From Candidatus Binatia bacterium (lineage in GTDB: Bacteria > Desulfobacterota > Binatia > Bin18): a stretch of 64,000 nucleotides of DNA. The translations under genes and the position numbers were made by a program. Under the pieces are notes generated by a model that had not been told where the DNA came from, made no database searches, and saw nothing but the letters and a program-made list of their open reading frames with translations. Where the stretch lies: NCBI GenBank assembly GCA_963666315.2, contig CAXXHG010000024.1, positions 64,001-128,000 on the forward strand, read 5' to 3'. This document shows positions 1 through 8,493 of the stretch, one piece after another (positions within the stretch are counted from its first letter, which is position 1; every line of letters starts with the position of its first letter).

Positions 1-770
1 TGTTTTTCCGCGAGCAGTTTCTTTTGTAATTTATACGCTGGCCTCGCCTGCTCTCGCTCACCGCGGATGAGGTAAAATCGAACCGCCTGTCCCAGCGTTT
101 CTATCGCTTTATCCCGCTGGTCGGTTTTACTATAGGCGACGCCTAAGCCATCGTGGGCAACAGGATCGCGAGGATTTTGCTTAATGACCTCTTGGTACGC
201 CTGGATAGCCTCTGGGTATTGTCCTATGCCCGTATAAGCCGCAGCCAGGTGGGTATGGGCCGTACTCTTGTCTGGATCGAGGCGAATGGCCGCTTGATAT
301 TCTTGTATGGCTTGATTTATTTGGCCATGGCGTTCTAACTCCTGACCCAGTTCAAAATGGGCGGCCGCTGATGAGGCATTAATACCCAGGGCCTGTTGGA
401 AAGCCGCGCGTGCCTTGTCAAATTGCTTTTCTCGGCGGAATGCCATCCCTTCGTTGACGTAATAGCCTTCGAGGTATCTGCTCGCGCCTGAGTGGCCGGG
501 ACTGAGCCGCAGGACGGTTCGATAGGATTGGAGAGCATCCTCAATTGCCCCAACTTTTTCACGCACGACGCCCAGTCGGTAGTGGGCATCGACATGATTG
601 GGGTCAATCTCGGTGAGAATCCAATGGTATTCTGCCATGGCTTCACCCCAGCGCATTTCGGCCTCAAATTTCTGACCACTATCGATGTAATGCTGGGGAT
701 CGGCTCCCATCAGAAGAAAAGCACTGAGGCTTATCCCGAGTGCAAGCCGACTGACATATCTTCGTTTCAT
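1..770 (-). CDS. Secreted/periplasmic TPR-repeat protein, runs off the left edge (3' partial)
   Basis: Not in the ORF track because it has no stop in the window. Manual translation from ATG at 770 (GGAGG RBS) gives MKRRYVSRLALGISLSAFLLMGA (signal-like), then TPR units such as HVDAHYRLGVVREKVGAIEDALQSYRTVLRLSP and AAAHFELGQELERHGQINQAIQEYQAAIRLDP. Confidence 0.85.
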   Translation of the reverse strand, partial: MKRRYVSRLALGISLSAFLLMGADPQHYIDSGQKFEAEMRWGEAMAEYHWILTEIDPNHVDAHYRLGVVREKVGAIEDALQSYRTVLRLSPGHSGASRYLEGYYVNEGMAFRREKQFDKARAAFQQALGINASSAAAHFELGQELERHGQINQAIQEYQAAIRLDPDKSTAHTHLAAAYTGIGQYPEAIQAYQEVIKQNPRDPVAHDGLGVAYSKTDQRDKAIETLGQAVRFYLIRGEREQARPAYKLQKKLLAEK

Positions 771-870
771 ACGACCTCCAGTGTGTGTGTCCTGAGCCGA
801 GCAACCAGATAACCCCGTCCGGAGCTCTTTTCATCAGAGCCTCTTTTCATTCCCCTAGTCAAGCCCAAGT

Positions 871-1035
871 GTATGCCTGTGTATGCCTGTGTATGCCTGT
901 GTATGCCTGTGTATGCCTGTGTATGCCTGTGTATGCCTGTGTATGCCTGTGTATGCCTGTGTATGCCTGTGTATGCCTGTGTATGCCTGTGTATGCCTGT
1001 GTATGCCTGTGTATGCCTGTGTATGCCTGTGTATG
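871..1035. repeat. Perfect tandem repeat (GTATGCCTGT)x16 plus a partial copy
   Basis: Read directly: 16 identical 10-mers at 871-1030, then GTATG. Confidence 0.97.
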
Positions 1036-1127
1036 ATAGATGAAAGCGAGAACCCACTAGGCGCTGCGAGGGAGGTCGGCTACAATATGTTCCTATGGCA
1101 ATGTCATCAAACGTGACGGAGGATCGG

Positions 1128-1349
1128 ATGGCTTCGTGTGAGCACTTAACGCATGCTGAAGAACAAATGCGGGACTTGCTCCGTGTCATTAACGATCATC
1201 TCAAGCTGTATGAACCTGAAGAAGATGCGTATGGTTCTCTGCTGTCGGTCGCCCATCATCTGAACGAAGGGCTCCGGGAGCTGACCTATTTGCTGGATCA
1301 AACCGATGAAGCCGGAGTGCAAGGCTTTGTCAAAGAAGTGGGCCATTAG
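1128..1349 (+). CDS. Small acidic helical hypothetical protein
   Basis: GGAGG RBS before ATG 1128, TACAAT -10-like box at 1081, protein-like composition. Confidence 0.65.
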   Translation: MASCEHLTHAEEQMRDLLRVINDHLKLYEPEEDAYGSLLSVAHHLNEGLRELTYLLDQTDEAGVQGFVKEVGH

Positions 1350-1611
1350 ATACGTATGCACGGGAAGGTAGCCGAGACGATACTAAGGAAGATGGTACGA
1401 AACATTCAGCCGCGCAGCCACAGAAGCAACAACGTCTCTTAACGGTAAAAAAGGGGTTCGTCTTGCACATCTCCCCACGGACGAAACCCAAAGAGGTCAC
1501 CATCTCAAAATCGACAGGCCCGCACGTTATTTACGGAATCTGGTATGCCTAACCTATCCCCATGCCTGTAACACTGAGTAATTGAGGATCGGCAACAATT
1601 TCTTACGCGCT

Positions 1612-1938
1612 TTAGCCTTCGTAGATCATCACCGATTTGCCTGCTGATTGGCATACGATCAAGGTCGCTTTTTCGAAATCGATAGCCACTTTTGCGGGAG
1701 GCAGATCGGGAATATTTCCCGGGGTGCCATGGAAGGGACGGCAGAACAATACCAGTTGCTCCGCCACTTCTTCTTCAACAAAAGATTGGTGGCACAGGGG
1801 ACAGACTAAGGCGGGAATATTCCAAATCGTGATCTCGGCTCGGCTGCCGGGCTGGCTGAAGCGTTGCTTGACCCGGTGGGGACGCGGCTGGGCTGCACAC
1901 CCTGCCGTGCATTGCTGCAAAACTATATTCATATTCAA
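1612..1938 (-). CDS. YgiT/MqsA-type zinc-finger protein
   Basis: CTAGC...ITIWNIPALVCPLCHQSFVEEEVAEQL matches the YgiT-type finger; ATGA overlap with the upstream gene. Confidence 0.7.
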   Translation of the reverse strand: MNMNIVLQQCTAGCAAQPRPHRVKQRFSQPGSRAEITIWNIPALVCPLCHQSFVEEEVAEQLVLFCRPFHGTPGNIPDLPPAKVAIDFEKATLIVCQSAGKSVMIYEG

Positions 1939-2204
1939 TGCATGGTTGGGAATGGAAACAAATAGCCGGTCTGCTCATCAAGCACAGATATCTTGGGCCG
2001 AGTGCCGGTCCGTTCCGTTGGAGGCAGCGCGCGCGCAAGATACTCTGCCGCGGCTTTGCGCGGAATGCGGTATGAGCGTCCGATTCGCAAGGCCGGAATC
2101 TCTCCCGTACGGCTTAAATCTCGAACACGGCGAGGAGAGAGTGCAAAAGCCTGGGCAAACTCAGCAACGGTATAGACTTTTGGTCGGATGCGAGTCTGGT
2201 GCAT
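1935..2204 (-). CDS. Excisionase-like HTH_17 DNA-binding protein
   Basis: YTVAEFAQAFALSPRRVRDLSRTGEIPALRIGRSYRIP is the HTH_17 pattern. Confidence 0.8.
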   Translation of the reverse strand: MHQTRIRPKVYTVAEFAQAFALSPRRVRDLSRTGEIPALRIGRSYRIPRKAAAEYLARALPPTERTGTRPKISVLDEQTGYLFPFPTMH

Positions 2205-2401
2205 GATCTCCTCGGGGGAGACTCCTTTCGTGCATCGCGGTTAACGCGTGCAGCGCGGTCAACCGCGGGGCGCCTTGCGACGCCCCGCCCGGTACGTGAC
2301 CGGCCCACTGGAGAGGACCCTCAGCTTCCTACCCCGCATGCAGCTTGCCTCCCTTTCCCCACAACGAAGCTTCCTCCTGCGCTGTATGCGCATATGGAGG
2401 T

Positions 2402-5230
2402 TTATGAACAACCGCTGGTTGATCCGCAGTCCAAACATTTGTAACACGAGCCGTTACGGATCATGATGGATCCACAATCCGCACAACTCGGAGCATCAGC
2501 CTGGGATTGCCAGGTTGGTTTTGTATATCCCGTGGCTGCTGGCGACTGAGCAATGGCTGACAAACGGTCATTGGCTATGGTTTTCGCGGCATCCTTGATC
2601 GGTAGGACAAGCGTGGACGGCTTAGGTTCGGCTTCTGTCAGCCCGGCTTCCTGTTTCTGCTCGGTGGACAAGAAGCGGCTGCCCAGAAAACGGAAAATAT
2701 AGTCCGTGAGTGATTTGGCAAATGGGATATCCGGGTTCTTAGTGAATCCCGAGGGCTCAAAACGCACATGGCTAAACTTACTCACCAAGGCTTCGAGCGG
2801 CACGCCGTACTGTAAGGATACGGAAGTCAACGTAGCGATTGTGTCCATCAGACCCGAGATGGTACTACCTTCTTTCGCCATGCGAATGAACATTTCTCCA
2901 GGGGTGCCGTCTTCGTAAAAGCCGACGTGGATATAGCCCTTATGTCCGGCAATCTCAAACTTATGACAAATCGCTTGCCGATCCTCGGATAAGTGGCGAC
3001 GCACCGGGTTGGGCCCTGCAGCGGCAGCCGTCTGGTCCTGGGGCTCTTCGGTTTGCTTTTTCGTCCCGAGCGGTTGGACCCGTTTGCATCCATCTCGATA
3101 GATCGCAACCGCTTTCAAGCCGAGCTTCCAGGCCCCTATATACGCGTCGGTAATCTCTTCGACGGTCGCATCGTTGGGCATATTGATGGTTTTCGAGATG
3201 GCTCCGGAGATAAAGGGCTGCGTCGCACCCATCATGCGCAGATGTCCGAGGTGGTGGATCGTCCGGCTGCCGTTGGCAGCCTTAAAGGCACAGTCGAACA
3301 CCGGTAAATGCTCGTCGCGCAAATTCGGTGCGCCTTCGATGGTTTCCTGTTCATCAATATACTCAACGATGGCCTGTACTTCTTTACTGTCGTAACCGAG
3401 CCGTTTGAGCGCTCGCGGGACCGTATTATTCACGATCTTGAGCATGCCGCCACCAACGAGGCGTTTATATTTCACAAGGGCAATATCGGGTTCTATGCCC
3501 GTAGTATCGCAATCCATCAAAAAGGCGATGGTTCCCGTCGGAGCCAATACGGTCGCTTGGGAATTGCGATAGCCGGCCGTTTCTCCCAACGCCAAGGCTT
3601 CATCCCATACCTTTCGGGACTCAGATAACATCTCGAGCGGGACCAGCGCGGGATTGAGCTTGTGTGCGTACGAGCGGTGCTGATCGATGATCTTCAACAT
3701 AGGCTTGGTATTGACTGCGTAGCCTGCAAACGGGCCCATTTGTTTGGCAATACGGGCGGACTGCAGATAGGCTTCGCCCGTCATCAGGGCCGTGATAGCA
3801 CCAGCATACTGTCGACCGGCTTCGGAGTCGTAGGCCAGACCGAGCGACATGAGCAATGCCCCCAGGTTGGCATAACCTAGGCCCAGCTGACGAAAGGATT
3901 TCGCATTCCGGGTGATTTCTTCGGTTGGGTAACTGGAGTTATCAATAATGATGTCTTGAGCCGTGATGCTGATATCGACTGCGTGCTTAAACGCTGCCGT
4001 ATCAAATCCGCCGTCTTCTCTGGCAAATTTCAGCAGATTGAGAGAGGCCAGGTTGCAGGCACTATTGTCGAGGTGCATATACTCCGAACAGGGATTCGAG
4101 GCGTTAATGCGTCCGCTATTCGCACACGTGTGCCAGTCGTTAATCGTGGTATCAAACTGCATGCCCGGATCACCACAATGGTGCGTCGCTTCGGCTAGAA
4201 TCTGCATGAGGTCGCGAGCCTGGAAAGACTCACACGCTTCGCCCGTTGTAACAAAGCGGGTTTGCCATTCCCGGTCCTTGACAACCGCCTGCATAAAGCC
4301 GTCCGTTACCCGGACCGAATTATTCGCGTTCTGAAAGAAAATCGAGCCATAGGCATCACCGTCGATGGAGCCATCATAGCCGGCTTCAATCAGGGTCCAG
4401 GCTTTTTTCTCTTCGTTCGCCTTACACCGGATGAATGCGACGATGTCCGGATGATCTGCATTGAGCACCACCATCTTGGCTGCTCGCCGAGTTTTTCCGC
4501 CCGACTTGATTACTCCGGCCGAGGCATCCGCCGCACGCATAAAAGAGACCGGCCCGGACGCGGTTCCACCGCCGCCTAATTTTTCTTTGGATGAACGGAT
4601 GTGGGAAAGATTGACCCCGGCTCCTGAGCCACCTTTGAAAATGAGACCTTCTTTGCGATACCAGTCAAGAATGGAAGCCATGGTGTCGTCGACTGACAAA
4701 ATAAAGCAGGCCGAGCACTGCGGGTGGGGCTCGACGCCAACGTTGAACCAGACCGGGCTGTTAAACGCGAGTTTTTGTTGGACGAGCAGATGGGTCAGAT
4801 CGTCAGCAAAATTTTGGGCATCCTCATTGCTTGCAAAGTATCCGTCTCGTTTCCCCCAGGTGGTAATCGTCTGCACCACCCGACTAATCATTTGGCGTAC
4901 GCTGGACTCTCGTTGCGGAGTCCCAAGAGGACCACGGAAATATTTTGAGACAACAACATTGGTCGCGAGCTGTGACCAGGGTTTCGGAATCTGTACATCG
5001 TGTTGTTCGAAAAAAACTTCTCCTTTTTCGCCTGATATAACGGCACTGCGTTGCTCCCATTCCACCTCATCGAACGGGTCGACCGTCGGCTGCGTAAAAT
5101 AGCGTGAGATCGTGATGCCCTTCTGTTCGCGTGCTGTCTGCTGTTTGGGCTGTTCCGTCACGGGTGTCCCCTCTGCCTTGGCCGTGAGCGTTTCCTCCAT
5201 CCGAGCTTTCCTCCGCACCTTTGTTGCCAT
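2402..5230 (-). CDS. nrdJ: Adenosylcobalamin-dependent (class II) ribonucleotide reductase
   Basis: FNSPVWFN, QCSACFI, NASNPCSEY, ACNLASLN and LAPTGTI motifs; C-terminal TSCPD-like region with CxxC...CxxC. Confidence 0.95.
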   Translation of the reverse strand: MATKVRRKARMEETLTAKAEGTPVTEQPKQQTAREQKGITISRYFTQPTVDPFDEVEWEQRSAVISGEKGEVFFEQHDVQIPKPWSQLATNVVVSKYFRGPLGTPQRESSVRQMISRVVQTITTWGKRDGYFASNEDAQNFADDLTHLLVQQKLAFNSPVWFNVGVEPHPQCSACFILSVDDTMASILDWYRKEGLIFKGGSGAGVNLSHIRSSKEKLGGGGTASGPVSFMRAADASAGVIKSGGKTRRAAKMVVLNADHPDIVAFIRCKANEEKKAWTLIEAGYDGSIDGDAYGSIFFQNANNSVRVTDGFMQAVVKDREWQTRFVTTGEACESFQARDLMQILAEATHHCGDPGMQFDTTINDWHTCANSGRINASNPCSEYMHLDNSACNLASLNLLKFAREDGGFDTAAFKHAVDISITAQDIIIDNSSYPTEEITRNAKSFRQLGLGYANLGALLMSLGLAYDSEAGRQYAGAITALMTGEAYLQSARIAKQMGPFAGYAVNTKPMLKIIDQHRSYAHKLNPALVPLEMLSESRKVWDEALALGETAGYRNSQATVLAPTGTIAFLMDCDTTGIEPDIALVKYKRLVGGGMLKIVNNTVPRALKRLGYDSKEVQAIVEYIDEQETIEGAPNLRDEHLPVFDCAFKAANGSRTIHHLGHLRMMGATQPFISGAISKTINMPNDATVEEITDAYIGAWKLGLKAVAIYRDGCKRVQPLGTKKQTEEPQDQTAAAAGPNPVRRHLSEDRQAICHKFEIAGHKGYIHVGFYEDGTPGEMFIRMAKEGSTISGLMDTIATLTSVSLQYGVPLEALVSKFSHVRFEPSGFTKNPDIPFAKSLTDYIFRFLGSRFLSTEQKQEAGLTEAEPKPSTLVLPIKDAAKTIANDRLSAIAQSPAATGYTKPTWQSQADAPSCADCGSIMIRNGSCYKCLDCGSTSGCS

Positions 5231-5288
5231 AACCTCCTCCTCTCCTCACCTCGTAGTTGGAATAAAACGGCGACGAAAACTTGATTAC

Positions 5289-5336
5289 ACACTATATATA
5301 GTATTGTCAAGTTTTGAGGGCCGCAAGACTTGGGGG
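5289..5336. promoter_or_regulatory. Tandem NrdR boxes upstream of nrdJ
   Basis: ACACTATATATAGTAT (5289-5304) fits acaCwAtATaTwGtgt. A weaker box CCGCAAGACTTGGGGG lies 32 bp away (5321-5336), with a minus-strand TTGACA at 5305-5310. Confidence 0.75.
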
Positions 5337-5387
5337 GTGATAAAATCTCTTCTCTTTTCGCGGGCTTTGCTTTATTCTCGATGAGAC

Positions 5388-5861
5388 ATGAGCGAGAGAG
5401 CCAAGAATCAGCACTGGAATTCTGCTGCAGCGATCCTCCGCACGGTCTTTCCGGACAGTGCTGAACCCGAGAAATTGCGGGTGTATCGGGTGTGGGAGGT
5501 CTGGCCCAAGGTGGTCGGTGCAGCGAATGCACGCGGCGCACAGCCGACCAAATTTCGGAATGGAAAACTTTTTGTGACGGTCTTTCATCCCGCCTTGATG
5601 CAAGAGCTTCAGTTTGTGAAGGCGCGCATCCGAAAACGTCTCAATCACTATATTGGGGCAGACCTGATCTCCCAAATCTACTTCGTACGCGGATCGGTGC
5701 GACCTGATGACCTGCCGCTGCAATCAGTTCCCCAACGGACACTGCCCGAGTTTCGCGATGTGGTTATTCCGCCCATAGAGAATCCGCAAGTCAAAGCGGC
5801 CTTCGCCTCTCTCCTGGCCGCTCACCGTCGCCGTGTGGCAAAGATACAGTCGGGTGAATAA
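5388..5861 (+). CDS. dciA: DciA/DUF721-family replicative helicase accessory protein
   Basis: VWEVWPKVVG..A..AQPTKFRNGKLFVTVFHPALMQELQF..I...LN is the DUF721 signature. Confidence 0.75.
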   Translation: MSERAKNQHWNSAAAILRTVFPDSAEPEKLRVYRVWEVWPKVVGAANARGAQPTKFRNGKLFVTVFHPALMQELQFVKARIRKRLNHYIGADLISQIYFVRGSVRPDDLPLQSVPQRTLPEFRDVVIPPIENPQVKAAFASLLAAHRRRVAKIQSGE

Positions 5862-6069
5862 GGCTCAGCCCCGCAGTCCGGCAGCCCGGTTGGCTCGGCT
5901 ATTTCGCACAGCCGGCGTGTTTCTCGCAAAAGGGAATATGTTGCAGGGCCTCAAAACTTTTCGTGCTTGCGAGAGCCTGGCGCAAACCCTGGGTGATGAA
6001 GAAAAGCTGGCCCTCTTTCGGCAGGAGATTGCACGCCGTGCGACACGAGATAGAGCGTCGATGCCATAA
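5854..6069 (+). CDS. Small helical hypothetical protein (single TPR-like unit)
   Basis: GTG start overlaps the dciA stop; amphipathic helices. Confidence 0.4.
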   Translation: MNKAQPRSPAARLARLFRTAGVFLAKGNMLQGLKTFRACESLAQTLGDEEKLALFRQEIARRATRDRASMP

Positions 6070-6400
6070 CCCGATGCGGTAGCGGTGATCGCCCTCCTGT
6101 CCTTTCGGAGTGTGGCTGTTGCCATCTCATGTAGCTGCGCATGATCGGTTTTATCCCCGCGTCGATAACGGTAGTACTCGTCCGTTCGTACTCGCGGTAT
6201 CCGCAGCTCAGCTGATGAGACATGGGTACGAATATATGCGGACACTCTCGATGCAGAACAGCCTGCATAGCCAGTTTGTGCTGCGGGGTGGCTATACGAC
6301 GAATCCAACCCTGTAGAAAGCTGTTGGATTTCTTCTCCTACGGTTGGGGACTCTGCTGGAGGGGCGGGGGGGGAAGGGTGCGATCTGCGAGTCGGGTAGG

Positions 6401-6590
6401 CTGGAGGTGCTTCAGAAAGACAGCCCCGCAAGGAGGATTGAGAAGCAGGCAAAAAAAACGCCGCGTGATTCGCGACGGGATCTTTGCAGCATATCAAACT
6501 TTCGTCCCAAAAGTCAAATGGAAACAGAAGTAGCTGATTTGACTAGCCTTATTGTTCACCCTTTTGGTTGAGGGTCTGGAAGGAAGACAA
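6401..6590. repeat. ~190 bp non-coding direct repeat, copy 1
   Basis: Aligns by eye with 7249-7438 (shared blocks include ACGCCGCGTGA, TATCAAACTTTCGTCC, AAAGTCAAATGGAAACAGAAGTA, TTCACCCT.TTGGTTGAGGGT). Confidence 0.9.
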
Positions 6591-6619
6591 TTCGTACATG
6601 AGGAAAGGGCATCTCATTG

Positions 6620-6647
6620 TTGCTATATGTATATACATTAGTATAGT
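6620..6647 (+). promoter_or_regulatory. brnTA promoter with palindromic operator
   Basis: TTGCTA-N16-TATAGT enclosing the palindrome ATGTATATACAT (6627-6638), typical of TA autoregulation. Confidence 0.6.
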
Positions 6648-6656
6648 GATTGCGCT

Positions 6657-6974
6657 ATGGTGAAGCTACGGATAGACGGATTCGATCGGGATGAAGGTAA
6701 TCGGGAGAAATGCCAGAACCACGGGGTTTCCATTGCGGAGATCGAAAACGTTTCCAGCAAAGATCCCCGCGTTGCGGCTGATATGAAACATTCAGCAAAC
6801 GAGGACCGTTTGCTTGCCGTTGGTCGAACAAGCAAGGGCCTCCCTGTGTTTGTTGCCTTCACCTTGAGAACGAAGAAGGGGCGACGATCGGTCCGCCCTG
6901 TCAGCGCTCGATATATGCATTACAAGGAGATTGCGGCCTATGAAGAGGAAAGTGCCAAGACTGAAGACCGATAA
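6657..6974 (+). CDS. BrnT-family toxin
   Basis: GFDRDEGNREKCQNHGVSIAEIE...HSANEDR..AVG...VAFTLR...VRPVSARYMHYKE. Confidence 0.85.
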   Translation: MVKLRIDGFDRDEGNREKCQNHGVSIAEIENVSSKDPRVAADMKHSANEDRLLAVGRTSKGLPVFVAFTLRTKKGRRSVRPVSARYMHYKEIAAYEEESAKTEDR

Positions 6975-7194
6975 GGAAGCGGAAGCGTTTCTAGCGCAAG
7001 ATCTGTCAGACCTTGATTTTTCTCAGTTCAAGCCTGCCCGGTTTGAATTTGAGAAAAAATCCGCTCAAATTAACATGCGCGTTCCCCGGCCTTTGCTTGA
7101 AGCCGTGAAGGCGCGGGCAAAGGCGCGCGGTATTCCTTACACGCGGTTTATCCGTGAAACCCTCGAACAGGTCCTAATGACAAAGGGATCGTAG
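6940..7194 (+). CDS. BrnA/CopG-family antitoxin
   Basis: KTDKEAEAFL..DLSDLDF...KSAQINMRVPRPLLEAVKARAKARGIPYTRFIRE (ribbon-helix-helix); AAGGAG RBS. Confidence 0.85.
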   Translation: MKRKVPRLKTDKEAEAFLAQDLSDLDFSQFKPARFEFEKKSAQINMRVPRPLLEAVKARAKARGIPYTRFIRETLEQVLMTKGS

Positions 7195-7248
7195 GGATAC
7201 CCCCTTTTTTTCACCTGATTGGGCTAAATCTCCCTGTTCGTATTGTGC

Positions 7249-7438
7249 CTGGAGGCGATTCAGAAACCCGGCCCGCGAGGAGGCTTGAGAAGCGGGCATA
7301 GAATAAACGCCGCGTGAGTCACGATAGTATTCACTTAGTATATCAAACTTTCGTCCTGAAAGTCAAATGGAAACAGAAGTATATGATTTGACTGGGCTTA
7401 TTATTCACCCTGTTGGTTGAGGGTTCAGAGGAAAGATG
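7249..7438. repeat. ~190 bp non-coding direct repeat, copy 2, containing a minus-strand sigma70 promoter
   Basis: Paralogous to 6401-6590. The minus strand reads TTGACT-N18-TATACT (7366-7337) around the palindrome ACTTTC-N5-GAAAGT. Confidence 0.9.
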
Positions 7439-7478
7439 AAAAGAGGGCCGAATAGAGGCCCTTCTAGGATTCCAAGTA

Positions 7479-7697
7479 GTGCCCAGTCCAGGCGAAAGCG
7501 GGATGTGGCGTCTGCTAATAAGGTCACCGAGAGGCTCAGTATTCAAGAAGAATTTTCTTGAGAATATAGGAAATTTCCTATATATGTGCCATGCCTTCAG
7601 AAAGAAATCAAAGAAAGGGATCACTACACCAAAGTCGGACGTTGACCTGATCAAACAGCGCTACCAAGAAGCACAGGAGCTTGTGAAATATGGGTAA
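7479..7697 (+). pseudogene. RelE/Gp49-like toxin, C-terminal remnant
   Basis: YMCHAFRKKSKKGITTPKSDVDLIKQRY is the Gp49-like RelE C-terminus; the N-terminal half is not recognisable. Confidence 0.7.
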
Positions 7698-7943
7698 GCA
7701 AAAAGGGACATCGTCTTTGAAGAAAGTTCAGGCAATATTTTTGCAGATCTGGGCCTAGAGGACGCTGAGGAACTCCAGGCGAGGGGTATGATTGGGTATC
7801 ACGTGATCTAACTGTTGAAGGCTCAAGACCTGAAACAGCGTGAAATTGCGGCTCGGCTTGGAATTAAACAGGCTGAAGTATCTCACCTGTTAAACGGTCA
7901 TTTTAGCCGTTTTACGACGGATAAACTGCTCGACTTCCTCTGA
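7690..7943 (+). pseudogene. XRE/HTH_37 antitoxin pseudogene
   Basis: Frameshift after MGKQK, then DIVFEESSGNIFADLGLEDAEEL...YHVI*LLKAQDLKQREIAARLGIKQAEVSHLLNGHFSRFTTDKLLDFL* (in-frame TAA, truncated C-terminus). Confidence 0.85.
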
Positions 7944-7944
7944 C

Positions 7945-8400
7945 CGGGCCAAAACGCTGACGGAGGCAAAACAACGAGCTATTGAATTACGCACCGATCT
8001 CCTGGCCCGAAGTGTTCACCCCGATGTTATCGCCTTTTGCCCGGAGGAGCTGTTAGCAGATAACTACTTTCATGCCGTTCTTGAGGCCACAAAGAGTATT
8101 GCCGACAAAATGCGGACGCGTACCGGGCTAACAGATGACGGAGCGCTTTTGGTGGACAGGGTATTAGCCGGGGATATTCCTATACTGGCTATTAATTCCC
8201 TGGAAACGGAGAGCAAGAGGAGCGAGCAAAAGGGCTTTGCTAATCTTGTAAAGCGAATTTCTGGAATGTTCAGAAACCCGACCGCGCATGCCCCAAGGGT
8301 ATCCTGGGCCATGGAAAAGTCAGATGCAGAAGACCTTTTATCCCTGGTCACTTTAGTACATCGGAGACTTGATAGCGCCCATATGCCGCCCCGCGTATGA
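7945..8400 (+). pseudogene. TIGR02391 (Ymh-like) protein, N-terminally truncated
   Basis: RAKTLTEAKQRA...VHPDVIAFCPEELLADNYFHAVLEATKSIADKMR...SEQKGFANL...MFRNPTAHAPR; no start codon, abuts the broken HTH gene. Confidence 0.75.
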
Positions 8401-8493
8401 GAGTTGGCCAAGGAGAGCAAAACCTTGTCTGATAACGTCCGTTATGACTAACAGGGGTTCTCTCAAAAGGTTTAGCCTTACTTCCCCATGACC

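Noticed and set aside
767-1189. ORFs with YACVCLCMPV or YTGIHRHTQA repeats; possible CRISPR array
   Set aside because: They are translations of the 10 bp tandem repeat; there are no spacers and no cas genes.
6070-6400. Short ORFs and hairpins left of repeat 1
   Set aside because: There is no convincing start or motif, and the hairpin near 6301-6332 alone is not enough to call an ncRNA.
6401-7438. Integron attC sites or IS terminal inverted repeats
   Set aside because: No RYYYAAC/GTTRRRY-bounded long palindrome, integron integrase or transposase is visible, and the copies are in direct orientation. Kept as an unexplained repeat.
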